Position numbers and translations under genes: made by a program. This document shows positions 17,051-26,091 of a DNA stretch of 32,000 bases, one piece after another (the first letter of the stretch is position 1; each line of letters opens with the position of its first letter). This DNA comes from Chlamydiales bacterium. GTDB lineage: Bacteria; Chlamydiota; Chlamydiia; Chlamydiales; SM23-39. Under the pieces are notes generated by a model that was not told the origin of the DNA, made no database searches, and worked only from the letters and a program-made list of their open reading frames with translations. The stretch spans positions 990,001 to 1,022,000 of the forward strand of contig OZ253438.1 in the NCBI GenBank assembly GCA_965261025.1, read 5' to 3'.

Positions 17051-18391
17051 CTATAAGACAAAACCGTCTGGAAGAGAGGTTCCTGCTGTAACTATGATGA
17101 TCCCATCTCGGATGAATACCCCTTCTCCATCATAGGTCTGTTTTTTTCCCTTGTTGATCAATTTTACTCCGTTACCAAGATGAACATTTTCATCCAAAAT
17201 CGCTTTTTTAATTTCACAATTTTCTCCTATATGAAGGGTAGGAAAAGAACGCTTATCTTCTGGTTTTTCAGGAAGATAAAAGTGAGACCCTAAAGTAATC
17301 GACTCTTTGATAGTAGTTCCTTTTTTGATATAGCTTCTCATTCCTATTACAGAATCGCTAATTTCTCTTGCCTCTATGACAGAACCCTCACATAAAATCG
17401 AGTTGATAATTTTTGCTTCTTTAATCTTAGGTCCTGATAAGAACGAGGGTCTAGTAAAAATGGGTCTTGTATCATCGTAAGTATCTAAACCACAAGATTT
17501 TTTAGTAAGAGCTAAATTCGCTTTATAAAAAGAAGCTATAGTACCAATATCCTCCCAATACCCGTCATAAATATAGGCAAAGGAGTTTTTTTTCTCTACC
17601 TGCTTAGGAATGAGATGTTTTCCAAAATCTTCTCTACTATCTTCTTGCAAAAGACGGAATAGGGCTTCTCGTTTAAATATATAAATCCCCATAGAAGCTA
17701 AATATTTAAGCTTTTTATCTCTTTCCCCGTTGTAATTTTTCCGCAAATTCCCGGGCAGGATAAAAGAGTTTAGTCTCCGAAAATCCTGGGGTTTTTCAAG
17801 GAAGTCCTCAATCCTGCTCTCTTTATTTACTTTCATGATTCCCAATCTACTAACTTCCTCCTCAGAAACAGCTATGGTAGCTACGGTAAGATCCGCTTCC
17901 TTTTTTTTGGCAAACTCTATCATCTTGATAAAATTCATATTATAAAGCTGATCTCCCGAAAGGATAAGAAAATACTCAACCGAACATTTTCTGAGCGTAG
18001 AAAGACACTTCCGAACAGAGTCTGCTGTTCCCTCAAACCAAATCTTTTCTCCTCCTGTTCTTACCTCAGGAGTTAAAAAGTCTAAAGATCCAGGTGAAAA
18101 AGGATCAAAATGATAGCTTTGCCTTAAGTGATGCTCTAATTCTGCTGTGAGGTATTGCCCCAAAACAAAAATCTTTCGAAGATTAGCATGAATGGAGTTT
18201 GATATGGGAATATCGATCAAGCGATACCTTCCTCCAAAGGGAACAGCTGGTTTACAATGATTCAGCGTCAAAGGAAAAAGGCGCTTTCCTTCCCCTCCTG
18301 CCATAATGATGGTAGCTACCTCTTCACTTTTTTCTGCCAATTCAAGCCTCCCCTTAAAACGGAAAATAGTGAGGAAGCTCTTGGAATGCAA
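17051..18391 (-). CDS. glgC: Glucose-1-phosphate adenylyltransferase.
   Basis: 446 aa. The nucleotidyltransferase motif is MAGGEGKRLFPLT. FEGTADSV and WEDIGT are present, followed by a C-terminal left-handed beta-helix region. Confidence 0.9.
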   Translation of the reverse strand: MHSKSFLTIFRFKGRLELAEKSEEVATIIMAGGEGKRLFPLTLNHCKPAVPFGGRYRLIDIPISNSIHANLRKIFVLGQYLTAELEHHLRQSYHFDPFSPGSLDFLTPEVRTGGEKIWFEGTADSVRKCLSTLRKCSVEYFLILSGDQLYNMNFIKMIEFAKKKEADLTVATIAVSEEEVSRLGIMKVNKESRIEDFLEKPQDFRRLNSFILPGNLRKNYNGERDKKLKYLASMGIYIFKREALFRLLQEDSREDFGKHLIPKQVEKKNSFAYIYDGYWEDIGTIASFYKANLALTKKSCGLDTYDDTRPIFTRPSFLSGPKIKEAKIINSILCEGSVIEAREISDSVIGMRSYIKKGTTIKESITLGSHFYLPEKPEDKRSFPTLHIGENCEIKKAILDENVHLGNGVKLINKGKKQTYDGEGVFIRDGIIIVTAGTSLPDGFVL

Positions 18392-18400
18392 TAAAAAAAC

Positions 18401-19315
18401 TTAGGAAGTACTCTTTTTTTGACTCTCTCTTTTTACAAAGGAGGCATTGTAGCTAGACCTTATAAAAGGCCCCGCATAAACATAAGATAGCCCAAGAGAA
18501 AGTCCAAAATTTGCATAGCGGGAAAAAGTTTCTGGGGGAATATAGGCTTTTACCCTTAATTTATTTTTCGAAGCTTGCAAATAATGCCCTATGGTAACTA
18601 CGTCACAACCTGCTTTTTTTAAGTCTTGTAAAGTAGTAAAAACCTCTTCTTCTCTCTCTCCTAACCCCAACATAATCCCCGACTTTACTAATTCAACTTG
18701 AGCTGAACTTTTTGCTTTCTGTAAAATAGCCAAACTTCTTTCATACTCGGCTTTATGCCTTACTTTAGAAGAAAGCCTTCTTACCGTTTCTATGTTGTGG
18801 TTAAATATCTCAGGCCTTGCTTTTAATACTTTTTGTAAAGCAGTAAAATCCCCAGAGAAATCGGAAGTTAATACCTCAATAGAAGAATGGGTATGCTCCC
18901 TTAATTTTTCTATAATTCTTACTATGTGCGAGGCCCCTTTATCTTCAAGATCATCTCTTGCTACCATGGTAACTACTACATGCTCTAAAGAAAGCTCTTT
19001 CGCAGAAAGAGCAATACGCAAAGGTTCGTCTTCTTCGGGAGCTTTAGGACTTTTACTAAAATCAATATCACAAAATCCACAAGATCTAGTACAGGCCTTG
19101 CCTAAAGCCAAAAAGGTAGCTGTCTTTTTATGATAACATTCCCTTCTGTTAGGACATTTTGCTTCATCGCAAACTGTATTGAGTCGATATTTTTGCAAAA
19201 GATGGTGTGTCTTAAAAACCTCTCCTCCCTTCGGTAAAGTACGCCGTAAAAAAGAAGGCAGTCTTGCTTTTTTTTGTTTTTCTTCAAAAGAGGGAAGTAT
19301 CTTTAGCCTATTCAT
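18401..19315 (-). CDS. lipA: Lipoyl synthase (radical SAM).
   Basis: CDEAKCPNRRECY is the auxiliary-cluster motif and CTRSCGFC is the radical-SAM CxxxCxxC motif. I place the start at ATG 19315 (MNRLKILPSF), which overlaps the lpdA TGA as ATGA. The track start at 19375 would overlap lpdA by 64 nt. Confidence 0.9.
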   Translation of the reverse strand: MNRLKILPSFEEKQKKARLPSFLRRTLPKGGEVFKTHHLLQKYRLNTVCDEAKCPNRRECYHKKTATFLALGKACTRSCGFCDIDFSKSPKAPEEDEPLRIALSAKELSLEHVVVTMVARDDLEDKGASHIVRIIEKLREHTHSSIEVLTSDFSGDFTALQKVLKARPEIFNHNIETVRRLSSKVRHKAEYERSLAILQKAKSSAQVELVKSGIMLGLGEREEEVFTTLQDLKKAGCDVVTIGHYLQASKNKLRVKAYIPPETFSRYANFGLSLGLSYVYAGPFIRSSYNASFVKRESQKKSTS

Positions 19316-20715
19316 CTTTTCCTGGGGGGATAGTGCACTGGACTTCCCTGTGCAATGAAGGCGGCTTCTAGCCAACCTTCTGCAACTGTTGGATGAGCAT
19401 GAATTGTTTCAGAAAGAGCCTCCAACGTAAGCTCATTTTGCATAGCAAGCGTAATTTCAGCAATTAAAGTGGAAGCTTCCTGTCCCACTACTTGAGCACC
19501 TAGAATTTGTCCTGTCTTTTTTTCTGAAATAATTTGAGCAAACCCTTCTACTTCACCTGCTGCTAAAGATTTTCCTAATACCTGAAAAGGAAACTTCCCT
19601 ACCACAGGATCATAGCCCTCCTTCTTTGCTTCTTCTATAGAGTAACCAACCGTTGCAATCTCTGGAGAGGTAAAAACTACAGCAGGAACCGCATAGTAGT
19701 GAATTCTCTTATTTCCCCCACAAACATTTTCAGCTGCCACCAAGGCCTGGTGAGAGGCAACGTGAGCTAGCATTGCTTTTCCCGTAACATCCCCAACAGC
19801 ATAAATTCCCTTCACATTTGTCTCCATCTTATCATTTACCTGAATCGATCCCCTTTCATCCGTGTAAATCCCCGCTTTTTGTAAATCCAAATGAGAAGAA
19901 AAAACTTTTCTCCCTACAGAAACCAAAACTACTTCAGCTTCTATTTTTTCCCCTTTGGAAAAAAATAGCGTTGCTCTCCTCTCATCAGCTTCTATTTTTT
20001 CCACTAAAACTTCTGTTTTTATATTTATGCCTTGCTTTTCAAAGGCTTTCGTAAGAGCTGTTGCTACCTCTTTTCCCAGTAAAGGAACCAAAGAATCTAA
20101 AGCCTCCACAATAGTTACCTCTGAACCTAGCTCTTTAAAAAGAGAGGCAAACTCACACCCAATATATCCCCCTCCTACAATTACTAATCTTTTCGGAACT
20201 TCTGTAAGCTCTAGCATAGAAGTAGAATTTCTTATAGTTTTATGATTGCAAGGAAAAGACGGTACTTCCACAGATTCTGAACCTGTTGCTATAATTATCT
20301 TCTCTGCCTTTAAAAAAAAAGTTTCTTCCCCTTGAACTTTCAACTCAAAAGGGGCGCTGAATTTTGCTTCTGCTTTGATAATGGTAATCTGATTTGTTTT
20401 TAAAAGGCCCTCTAAAGACTTTCGAATGTTTTGCACAATTTGATCTTTTCTTGCTTTCATCTTCGCATAATCAAAATGCACTTCTCCCAAGGAAATCCCA
20501 AATTCTTCCGCTTTTTTTATCTTTTCTAAAAGGGAAGAAGAAGCAAGTAGCGTCTTTGTAGGAATACACCCTATATTTAAACAAGTTCCTCCCAGCTCCT
20601 TCTTTTCAATCAAGGCTACTTTTTTTCCTCTTTGTGCAGCCCTTATAGCAGCTACATACCCCCCAGGACCTGCCCCAATCACAGCTAAATCAAAAAACGG
20701 TTTTTCCCTTGTCAT
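19312..20715 (-). CDS. lpdA: Dihydrolipoyl dehydrogenase (E3).
   Basis: 467 aa. GAGPGGYVAAIRAAQ is the FAD-binding motif, GGTCLNIGCIPTK is the redox-active disulfide, and HAHPT is the C-terminal motif. Confidence 0.9.
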   Translation of the reverse strand: MTREKPFFDLAVIGAGPGGYVAAIRAAQRGKKVALIEKKELGGTCLNIGCIPTKTLLASSSLLEKIKKAEEFGISLGEVHFDYAKMKARKDQIVQNIRKSLEGLLKTNQITIIKAEAKFSAPFELKVQGEETFFLKAEKIIIATGSESVEVPSFPCNHKTIRNSTSMLELTEVPKRLVIVGGGYIGCEFASLFKELGSEVTIVEALDSLVPLLGKEVATALTKAFEKQGINIKTEVLVEKIEADERRATLFFSKGEKIEAEVVLVSVGRKVFSSHLDLQKAGIYTDERGSIQVNDKMETNVKGIYAVGDVTGKAMLAHVASHQALVAAENVCGGNKRIHYYAVPAVVFTSPEIATVGYSIEEAKKEGYDPVVGKFPFQVLGKSLAAGEVEGFAQIISEKKTGQILGAQVVGQEASTLIAEITLAMQNELTLEALSETIHAHPTVAEGWLEAAFIAQGSPVHYPPRKR

Positions 20716-20743
20716 AAGATACCTAAATTTTCCTCATCCTACT

Positions 20744-22177
20744 TTAAAAGGAAGATAAAACGCATACATTCCCTTCAGAATCGATACAAAACTTTCCTTT
20801 TAAAGCATAAGGAGCCTTTTTTGCTATACCTGCAATTTGATTAAAACAAAGAGGAACCGTAGGATCTGCTTTAGGATTCCTTAAATTCTCTTTGTGTTCT
20901 TGTAATACACGAGCAATAAAGGGTAAGCCCAAAGCTACAGCTTGTGAAAGCCTCTCTCTCTCCGATGCTGCTAGTTGAGGGTTATTGGCTAGATTCACTA
21001 ACACAGCAGGCATATAAGTAGGTGTCCGATCTAACTCCTCTCCTTCGATAAAACTCAGCTGTTTCACAATCTGATCTTGTTCTGCTTTAGACAGCCTCGA
21101 AAAAGCCTGCTTGAGATAGGCTCCCTCTTCTACCGTAAAGAGTCTAAGCATGGCCCCCACCCTTGTTAACACACAATCTGTTGGGTTTTGGATATCCATC
21201 CCCAAGCACCTTGCCCTAACAGCTAAATAGGTATCATACGCGTCTTTTTCCGTCTTACTAGAATTTTCTAAAACTCTACAAGATTTAAAAACTTCCGATA
21301 TAGCAAAGTGAGTAGATTCTGTATATACCAAGGAAGATTGGTTATTTACATGTCCCAAGGCTCCAGCTACATCAAATAGATAAACAAAATAGCTGAAGGG
21401 AATAAGAATAGGACAGTTTTTCACCGCCTCGTTCTGCTGCAGTTTTGAAAACATACCTGGCCCCCCTTCAAGATGAGTGATATGTCCGTAATGAGCGAGA
21501 TTTGCTGTTTTGCTAATTAGCTCTTTTGCTCCTTGTGCAAGACGAGCAAACGTAGGAGAAAGATGAGGATTCTCTTGAAGGATCTCTATCACTTCTTCGT
21601 GAAAATCGTCATGATCGGGAGCCTTTGCCCCATAGGGCTTAAATATACTCCTTGCCTTTTCGCTTTTCCCAATATCTCCTAAAACAAGGGCTGCTTCCAT
21701 AGCCTGAACCATCTCCCATTCCGTCATGCCTTGAAATCGAGACTGCATAAGAATTAGGCCTTGTTTGTGCAGTATATCAAAGCTATTTCTAGAGAGTTTG
21801 CTATTTTTCGGTTGTGCCTTAACAAATTGTTGATAGGCATCCTCTCCTCCATGAAGAACAAGCCTTAGACAATGAAGCGTCATAATTGTTCGATCAAACT
21901 CGATAAATTTTTTCCCAAATAACAACTCAGAGTAAGAGCCTTGTAATGTAGCCCTTCCCTCTTCGGTAACTCGTACCCCTTCCTCGGCAAGCCAAAGGAT
22001 TTCAGGATACTCTTTTAAGCACAAACGCACCCAATCAATACCTACTGCTTTTGCTTTAACAACAGGCCCCATCTGTTGTGACAAGACAGAAGAAGGAGTG
22101 CTCTCTGCATAAGCATCTGCACTAACTCCCAAAAGAGCCAAAACTACAATGAGTCCAATCCGACTAGTTTTACGCAT
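20744..22177 (-). CDS. Secreted/periplasmic hypothetical protein (Sec signal peptide).
   Basis: I place the start at ATG 22177, with AGGGAG 8 nt upstream. This gives MRKTSRIGLIVVLALLGVSADAYA|EST, a canonical signal peptide. The mature protein is about 454 aa and helical-looking, with His-rich patches (APDHDDFHEE, HYGHITHLEGGPG). No family is recognised. The 87-codon N-terminal extension in the ORF track is rejected. Confidence 0.7.
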   Translation of the reverse strand: MRKTSRIGLIVVLALLGVSADAYAESTPSSVLSQQMGPVVKAKAVGIDWVRLCLKEYPEILWLAEEGVRVTEEGRATLQGSYSELLFGKKFIEFDRTIMTLHCLRLVLHGGEDAYQQFVKAQPKNSKLSRNSFDILHKQGLILMQSRFQGMTEWEMVQAMEAALVLGDIGKSEKARSIFKPYGAKAPDHDDFHEEVIEILQENPHLSPTFARLAQGAKELISKTANLAHYGHITHLEGGPGMFSKLQQNEAVKNCPILIPFSYFVYLFDVAGALGHVNNQSSLVYTESTHFAISEVFKSCRVLENSSKTEKDAYDTYLAVRARCLGMDIQNPTDCVLTRVGAMLRLFTVEEGAYLKQAFSRLSKAEQDQIVKQLSFIEGEELDRTPTYMPAVLVNLANNPQLAASERERLSQAVALGLPFIARVLQEHKENLRNPKADPTVPLCFNQIAGIAKKAPYALKGKFCIDSEGNVCVLSSF

Positions 22178-22522
22178 AACAAAACTCCCTTTCCTATTTA
22201 TTTCCTCATAATTATGGGTTGTGTTTTTATAGTTAATATTCTCACTTTGACAGCGAGTTCTGAAAAGATGTGAAAAAGAATGAAACTCCTCCGTTTTTTG
22301 CTGAGGCGCAGAAAAAACCCTTTTGCAATAAGCGGCTGTAAATACTTTCGGGACATTTTGAAAACTCCGAAAACACCCCACCGGCAGCATGAAACCCTCC
22401 CAAAATATAAAACAAGGCTTGCAGCCTATCATAAGCAAAAAATAAAGACAGCGGGAAATATTTTTTAAGATCTAACAAAAACTTTTTTCGCTTATTGGAA
22501 AAAAAGAAGATAACCCACTAAT

Positions 22523-22984
22523 ATGGTCCATATAGGTAAGCTGCAAGGTCGCATGAAACCAAAAAAAAGGCAAAAGCTTTGTCCTAGTTGTGAGGGGGAA
22601 GTTGATCTTGATGTGATCTTCTGCCCTTTTTGTGGAACGGATCTTTTAGAAGAAAAGGAGTTTACCCCCCCTCCTTCTACTACCCAAAACCCTTCTTACA
22701 AAGACTCCCTCGAACAAGAGATAGAAGAGACAAACCAAAAGCAGGAAGAAAAGTGGAAACTCTCTTTCTGGCCTTTTTTTTGCTTGAATTTAGGAGTTTG
22801 GCTTTTCCTTATAGCTCTGTTCATCCTGTTTTTTTCCCAAGGAGAGGCTCTCTGGTTGAGGATCAATGCAAAACTGTGGCTCTATTTCCTTCTTGGATCT
22901 CTTCCCTTATTAGCTATAGGAGGAAAAAAGTTTTTTGGGGAGCCGAAAAAAAATTCCTTTCCAGGAGAATTTAAGGAGCTGTAA
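22523..22984 (+). CDS. Zinc-ribbon membrane protein (hypothetical).
   Basis: CPSCEGEVDLDVIFCPFCGTDL forms a CxxC-x12-CxxC zinc ribbon. An acidic linker follows, then two predicted TM helices (FWPFFCLNLGVWLFLIALFILFF and LWLYFLLGSLPLLAIGG). The start may be ATG 22553 (MKPKKRQK). The 3' end overlaps the secA 3' end by 14 nt in convergent orientation. Confidence 0.55.
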   Translation: MVHIGKLQGRMKPKKRQKLCPSCEGEVDLDVIFCPFCGTDLLEEKEFTPPPSTTQNPSYKDSLEQEIEETNQKQEEKWKLSFWPFFCLNLGVWLFLIALFILFFSQGEALWLRINAKLWLYFLLGSLPLLAIGGKKFFGEPKKNSFPGEFKEL

Positions 22985-25943
22985 GAGCGCAGCACTTTTT
23001 GTATTTCCTTCCGCTTCCACAAGGACAACTTTCATTTCTTCCCTTCTTTTCCTCTGCCTTCTGGGTAGAAGGGCTAACTTCTTCCTCTCCTGTTTCCTTA
23101 ACAAGCGTAATTTTTTCCCTGACTGATTTTTCTTCTTTCTGCAACATTTCGAAACGAAATAAATCAGAAGAAATCTCCTTATAAAGGACTTTTCCTAAGG
23201 TATCAAAAAGATAAAAGGCTTCTTGCTTAAACTCCAGTAGAGGATCTTTCTGTCCTACACTTCGTAAAAATACATCCGATCGTAAATGATCAATAGCAAG
23301 AAGATGCTCTTGCCAGAGGAAATCGATCTTACGAAGAAGAATACTACGCACTACTTCTTGCACGATTTTTTCTGCTTTTTCTATTTTTTCTAACTCCTGC
23401 CTCATAAGAAGAATTCGTTTTTTTTGTCCCTCTATTTTTTGGGAAAAGGCAGAAAAAATGAGATCTTCTACCTGTTTTTCTAAGATCTCTTTGGGAAGGG
23501 CTAAATATCTCTTATCTTCGGAAAAACTTAAGGGAAACTGCTCTCTCAAAAAGGAGAAAAGCTCCCTTAAGTTTTTCTCTTCCCCTTTTTCATAAATGTA
23601 GGTGTCAAAAATCTCTAGTAAAAACCTATGAAGGATCCCCCTTGCCTGCTCCAGGGGATTTTCAGACTCTAAAATCTCCTTGCGAAAAGCATAGATCTCC
23701 TGTCTTTGTTTATTCATTACATCATCAAATTCTAACGTGTGCTTCCTCATAGTGTAATTTCTCTGCTCTACCCGTTTTTGAGCAGTCTCAATGGATTTAT
23801 TTAAAATCTTAGCAGAAATAGGCTCTCCTTCTGGAGGACGAAACCTCTGTAGTAAGGCCGTAATCTTGGGAGAGGCAAAAAGACGCATCAAAGAGTCTTC
23901 AAAAGAAACAAAAAATTTTGAAGAACCAGGATCTCCCAGCCTTCCCGATCTTCCTCTAAGCTGCCTATCAATTCTCCTAGAGTGGTGTCGACTGGTTCCT
24001 AAAACGTGAAGCCCTCCCAAACCTGCTACTTCTTCTTGAAGCTTAATATCTGTTCCTCTTCCTGCCATATTTGTGGCCAAAGTAATCGCCCCTTTTTTCC
24101 CTGCTTCTGCAATAATTTCTGCCTCTTTTTCGTGCTGTTTCGCATTCAATACTGTATGCACAAGGGCATTTTGCCTCAAAATACGAGAAAGCTTTTCTGA
24201 AATTTCCACCGATTCTGTTCCTATTAAAATAGGTCTCCCCTCTTTATGAATTTGCTTAATCTCTTGGAGGATAGCGTTATATTTTTCCTTTTCTGTCATG
24301 TAAATTTGATCATCAAAATCTTTTCGAACACATCTTCTATGGGTCGGAATCTCTAAAACTTCTAACTGATACAGTTCCTTAAACTCGGCCGCTTCTGTCA
24401 TAGCGGTTCCCGTCATACCAGCCAGCTTTTTGTACATACGAAAATAATTTTGCAAAGTAACTGAGGCAAAGGTTTGCGTTTCTCCTTGGATATGAACTCC
24501 TTCTTTTGCCTCTATTGCCTGATGTAGGCCATCTGAAAACCTTCTTCCAGGCTGAGGTCTTCCTGTATTTTCATCAATGATTACAATTTTTTGTTCGCTC
24601 ACCAAATAATCCACATCTTTTTCCATTAAAAGATGCGCTCTAAAAAGTTGTCTTAGGTTATGCGCTCTTTCTTTCCTACGAAGATCTTCTTCTCTAAGAA
24701 CTTGCTTTTTTTCTAATTTTTCTGCCTCTTCCAGAGAAGTACTATCTACTTTTGCATACTCATACCCCAGATCAAGCATCGTGAAGTCCTCTTCTTCTGT
24801 TCCAAAGAATTGACTCCACTGCTGTATTCCTTTATCAGTTAGTTCATATTCACTTGCCCTTTCATCTACTATAATGCAAAGCTCAGCAAGTTTTTTTTGT
24901 TTTTCTTCCTTATTCTGATCTGAGTAAAAATAGGTCTCCCAATCTTCTATCTTTGCTCTCAGAGAAGGGTCTTCTTTAATTCTTTTCAGCACTTTATTCC
25001 TAGGCGTTCCTTTTCCTACAAGCCAAAGCTTTTTGAAAGACTCCAAAGCTCTTTCCTTTTGCTTTTTGTCTAAAGAAGATTCTTGCTCGGACAACACTCC
25101 TAGAGTCTCTAACTCTTTTTTTGCTTCTAAAGCGATCTGATGACAAAGCTCTTTTTGTTTTTTCACCAAAAAAGAAACCCCTTCTTTTAAAGAGTCATAC
25201 ATGTGAAAGGAGCCTTGAGAGGGCCCTGAAATAATCAAAGGCGTTCTTGCTTCATCAATTAAGATCGAATCGATTTCATCAATTAAAGCAAAAGAATGCC
25301 CTCTTTGAGAACATTCTCCTTTGCTAGAGGCTAGCGAATTATCTCTTAAGTAATCAAAACCAAACTCAGAAGCTGTACCATAAACGATATCTGCCCTATA
25401 GACCTCTTTTCGATCTCTAGGAGAAATTTCGTGCGTTAAAAAAGAAACAGCCAAGCCAAGCTTGCGAAAAACAGAGCCGATCCATTCACAATCTCTTTTT
25501 GCCAAATAATCATTTACCGTAATTAAGTGGACAGGCTCTTTGGAAAGGGCGTTCAGATAGAGAGGCATTACCGCGGTTAGAGTTTTCCCCTCCCCCGTTT
25601 GCATCTCCGCTATACAGCCCTGATGCATCGCAATAGCTCCGAGCAGCTGAACTTCGTAGGGAACCATATCCCACTTCTGGGTATACCCAGAAACGTAGAT
25701 CTCTTTCCCTACCAACCTTCTACAAGCATTTTTTACAAGAGCAAAAGCCTCAGGCAAAAGATCTTCCAAGGTTTCACCCCTTTGAAATCTTACTCGAAAT
25801 TCCTCCGTTTTTTGGGGTAGTTCTTCATCCGAGAGTTTTTGAAATTTCTCTTCCCACTGAAGAATCAAAGGAATACGCTTTTGATACTTCTTCAACTTCC
25901 TCGATTGCGCTGTGCCAAATATTTTTTTACCTAATTTAAACAT
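22971..25943 (-). CDS. secA: Preprotein translocase ATPase SecA.
   Basis: 990 aa. The Walker A motif is MQTGEGKTL. SecA DEAD-like motor blocks are present throughout. The C-terminal zinc-binding tail is CPCGSGRKYKKCC. Confidence 0.95.
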   Translation of the reverse strand: MFKLGKKIFGTAQSRKLKKYQKRIPLILQWEEKFQKLSDEELPQKTEEFRVRFQRGETLEDLLPEAFALVKNACRRLVGKEIYVSGYTQKWDMVPYEVQLLGAIAMHQGCIAEMQTGEGKTLTAVMPLYLNALSKEPVHLITVNDYLAKRDCEWIGSVFRKLGLAVSFLTHEISPRDRKEVYRADIVYGTASEFGFDYLRDNSLASSKGECSQRGHSFALIDEIDSILIDEARTPLIISGPSQGSFHMYDSLKEGVSFLVKKQKELCHQIALEAKKELETLGVLSEQESSLDKKQKERALESFKKLWLVGKGTPRNKVLKRIKEDPSLRAKIEDWETYFYSDQNKEEKQKKLAELCIIVDERASEYELTDKGIQQWSQFFGTEEEDFTMLDLGYEYAKVDSTSLEEAEKLEKKQVLREEDLRRKERAHNLRQLFRAHLLMEKDVDYLVSEQKIVIIDENTGRPQPGRRFSDGLHQAIEAKEGVHIQGETQTFASVTLQNYFRMYKKLAGMTGTAMTEAAEFKELYQLEVLEIPTHRRCVRKDFDDQIYMTEKEKYNAILQEIKQIHKEGRPILIGTESVEISEKLSRILRQNALVHTVLNAKQHEKEAEIIAEAGKKGAITLATNMAGRGTDIKLQEEVAGLGGLHVLGTSRHHSRRIDRQLRGRSGRLGDPGSSKFFVSFEDSLMRLFASPKITALLQRFRPPEGEPISAKILNKSIETAQKRVEQRNYTMRKHTLEFDDVMNKQRQEIYAFRKEILESENPLEQARGILHRFLLEIFDTYIYEKGEEKNLRELFSFLREQFPLSFSEDKRYLALPKEILEKQVEDLIFSAFSQKIEGQKKRILLMRQELEKIEKAEKIVQEVVRSILLRKIDFLWQEHLLAIDHLRSDVFLRSVGQKDPLLEFKQEAFYLFDTLGKVLYKEISSDLFRFEMLQKEEKSVREKITLVKETGEEEVSPSTQKAEEKKGRNESCPCGSGRKYKKCCALTAP

Positions 25944-26091
25944 CTAAATCCTTATAGAGATCCATCTGCTAACTATTATCGTAAAAAGGAGAAAAAATTT
26001 TAAGGAAAAAGAGGTTTGTTATCCTGGAAATAATCCAGTTTTGGGGAGTTTAAAAAAAATTATCTATCTCAGGATGCAAAATACCCCCTTT

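Noticed and set aside
19316-19375. A 20-codon N-terminal extension of lipA.
   Set aside because: It would overlap the lpdA coding end by 64 nt. ATG 19315 gives the common ATGA stop-start coupling.
20312-20320. A9/T9 and A8/T8 homopolymer tracts inside coding regions (for example 20312-20320 in lpdA, 28506-28513, 22558-22565), considered as possible phase-variation switches.
   Set aside because: The tracts are frequent throughout, including in essential genes. They follow from the extreme Lys (AAA) and Phe (TTT) codon usage, and there is no evidence of frameshifted copies.
22178-22438. An 87-codon N-terminal extension of the 564-aa ORF (MLMIGCKPCFIFWEG...).
   Set aside because: The extension is Cys/Phe-rich nonsense-like sequence. 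A canonical signal peptide begins exactly at the internal Met (22177), which has an AGGGAG RBS.
22280-22468. A 62-aa highly basic plus-strand ORF in the long intergenic region.
   Set aside because: It has no RBS and no recognisable features, and its composition looks like random translation. It is kept only as part of the note about the unexplained intergenic region.
26024-26038. A small hairpin, CTGGA-AATAA-TCCAG, in the psd-secA intergenic region.
   Set aside because: The stem is only 5 bp with no following U-run on the transcribed (minus) strand. This is too weak to call a terminator or attenuator.
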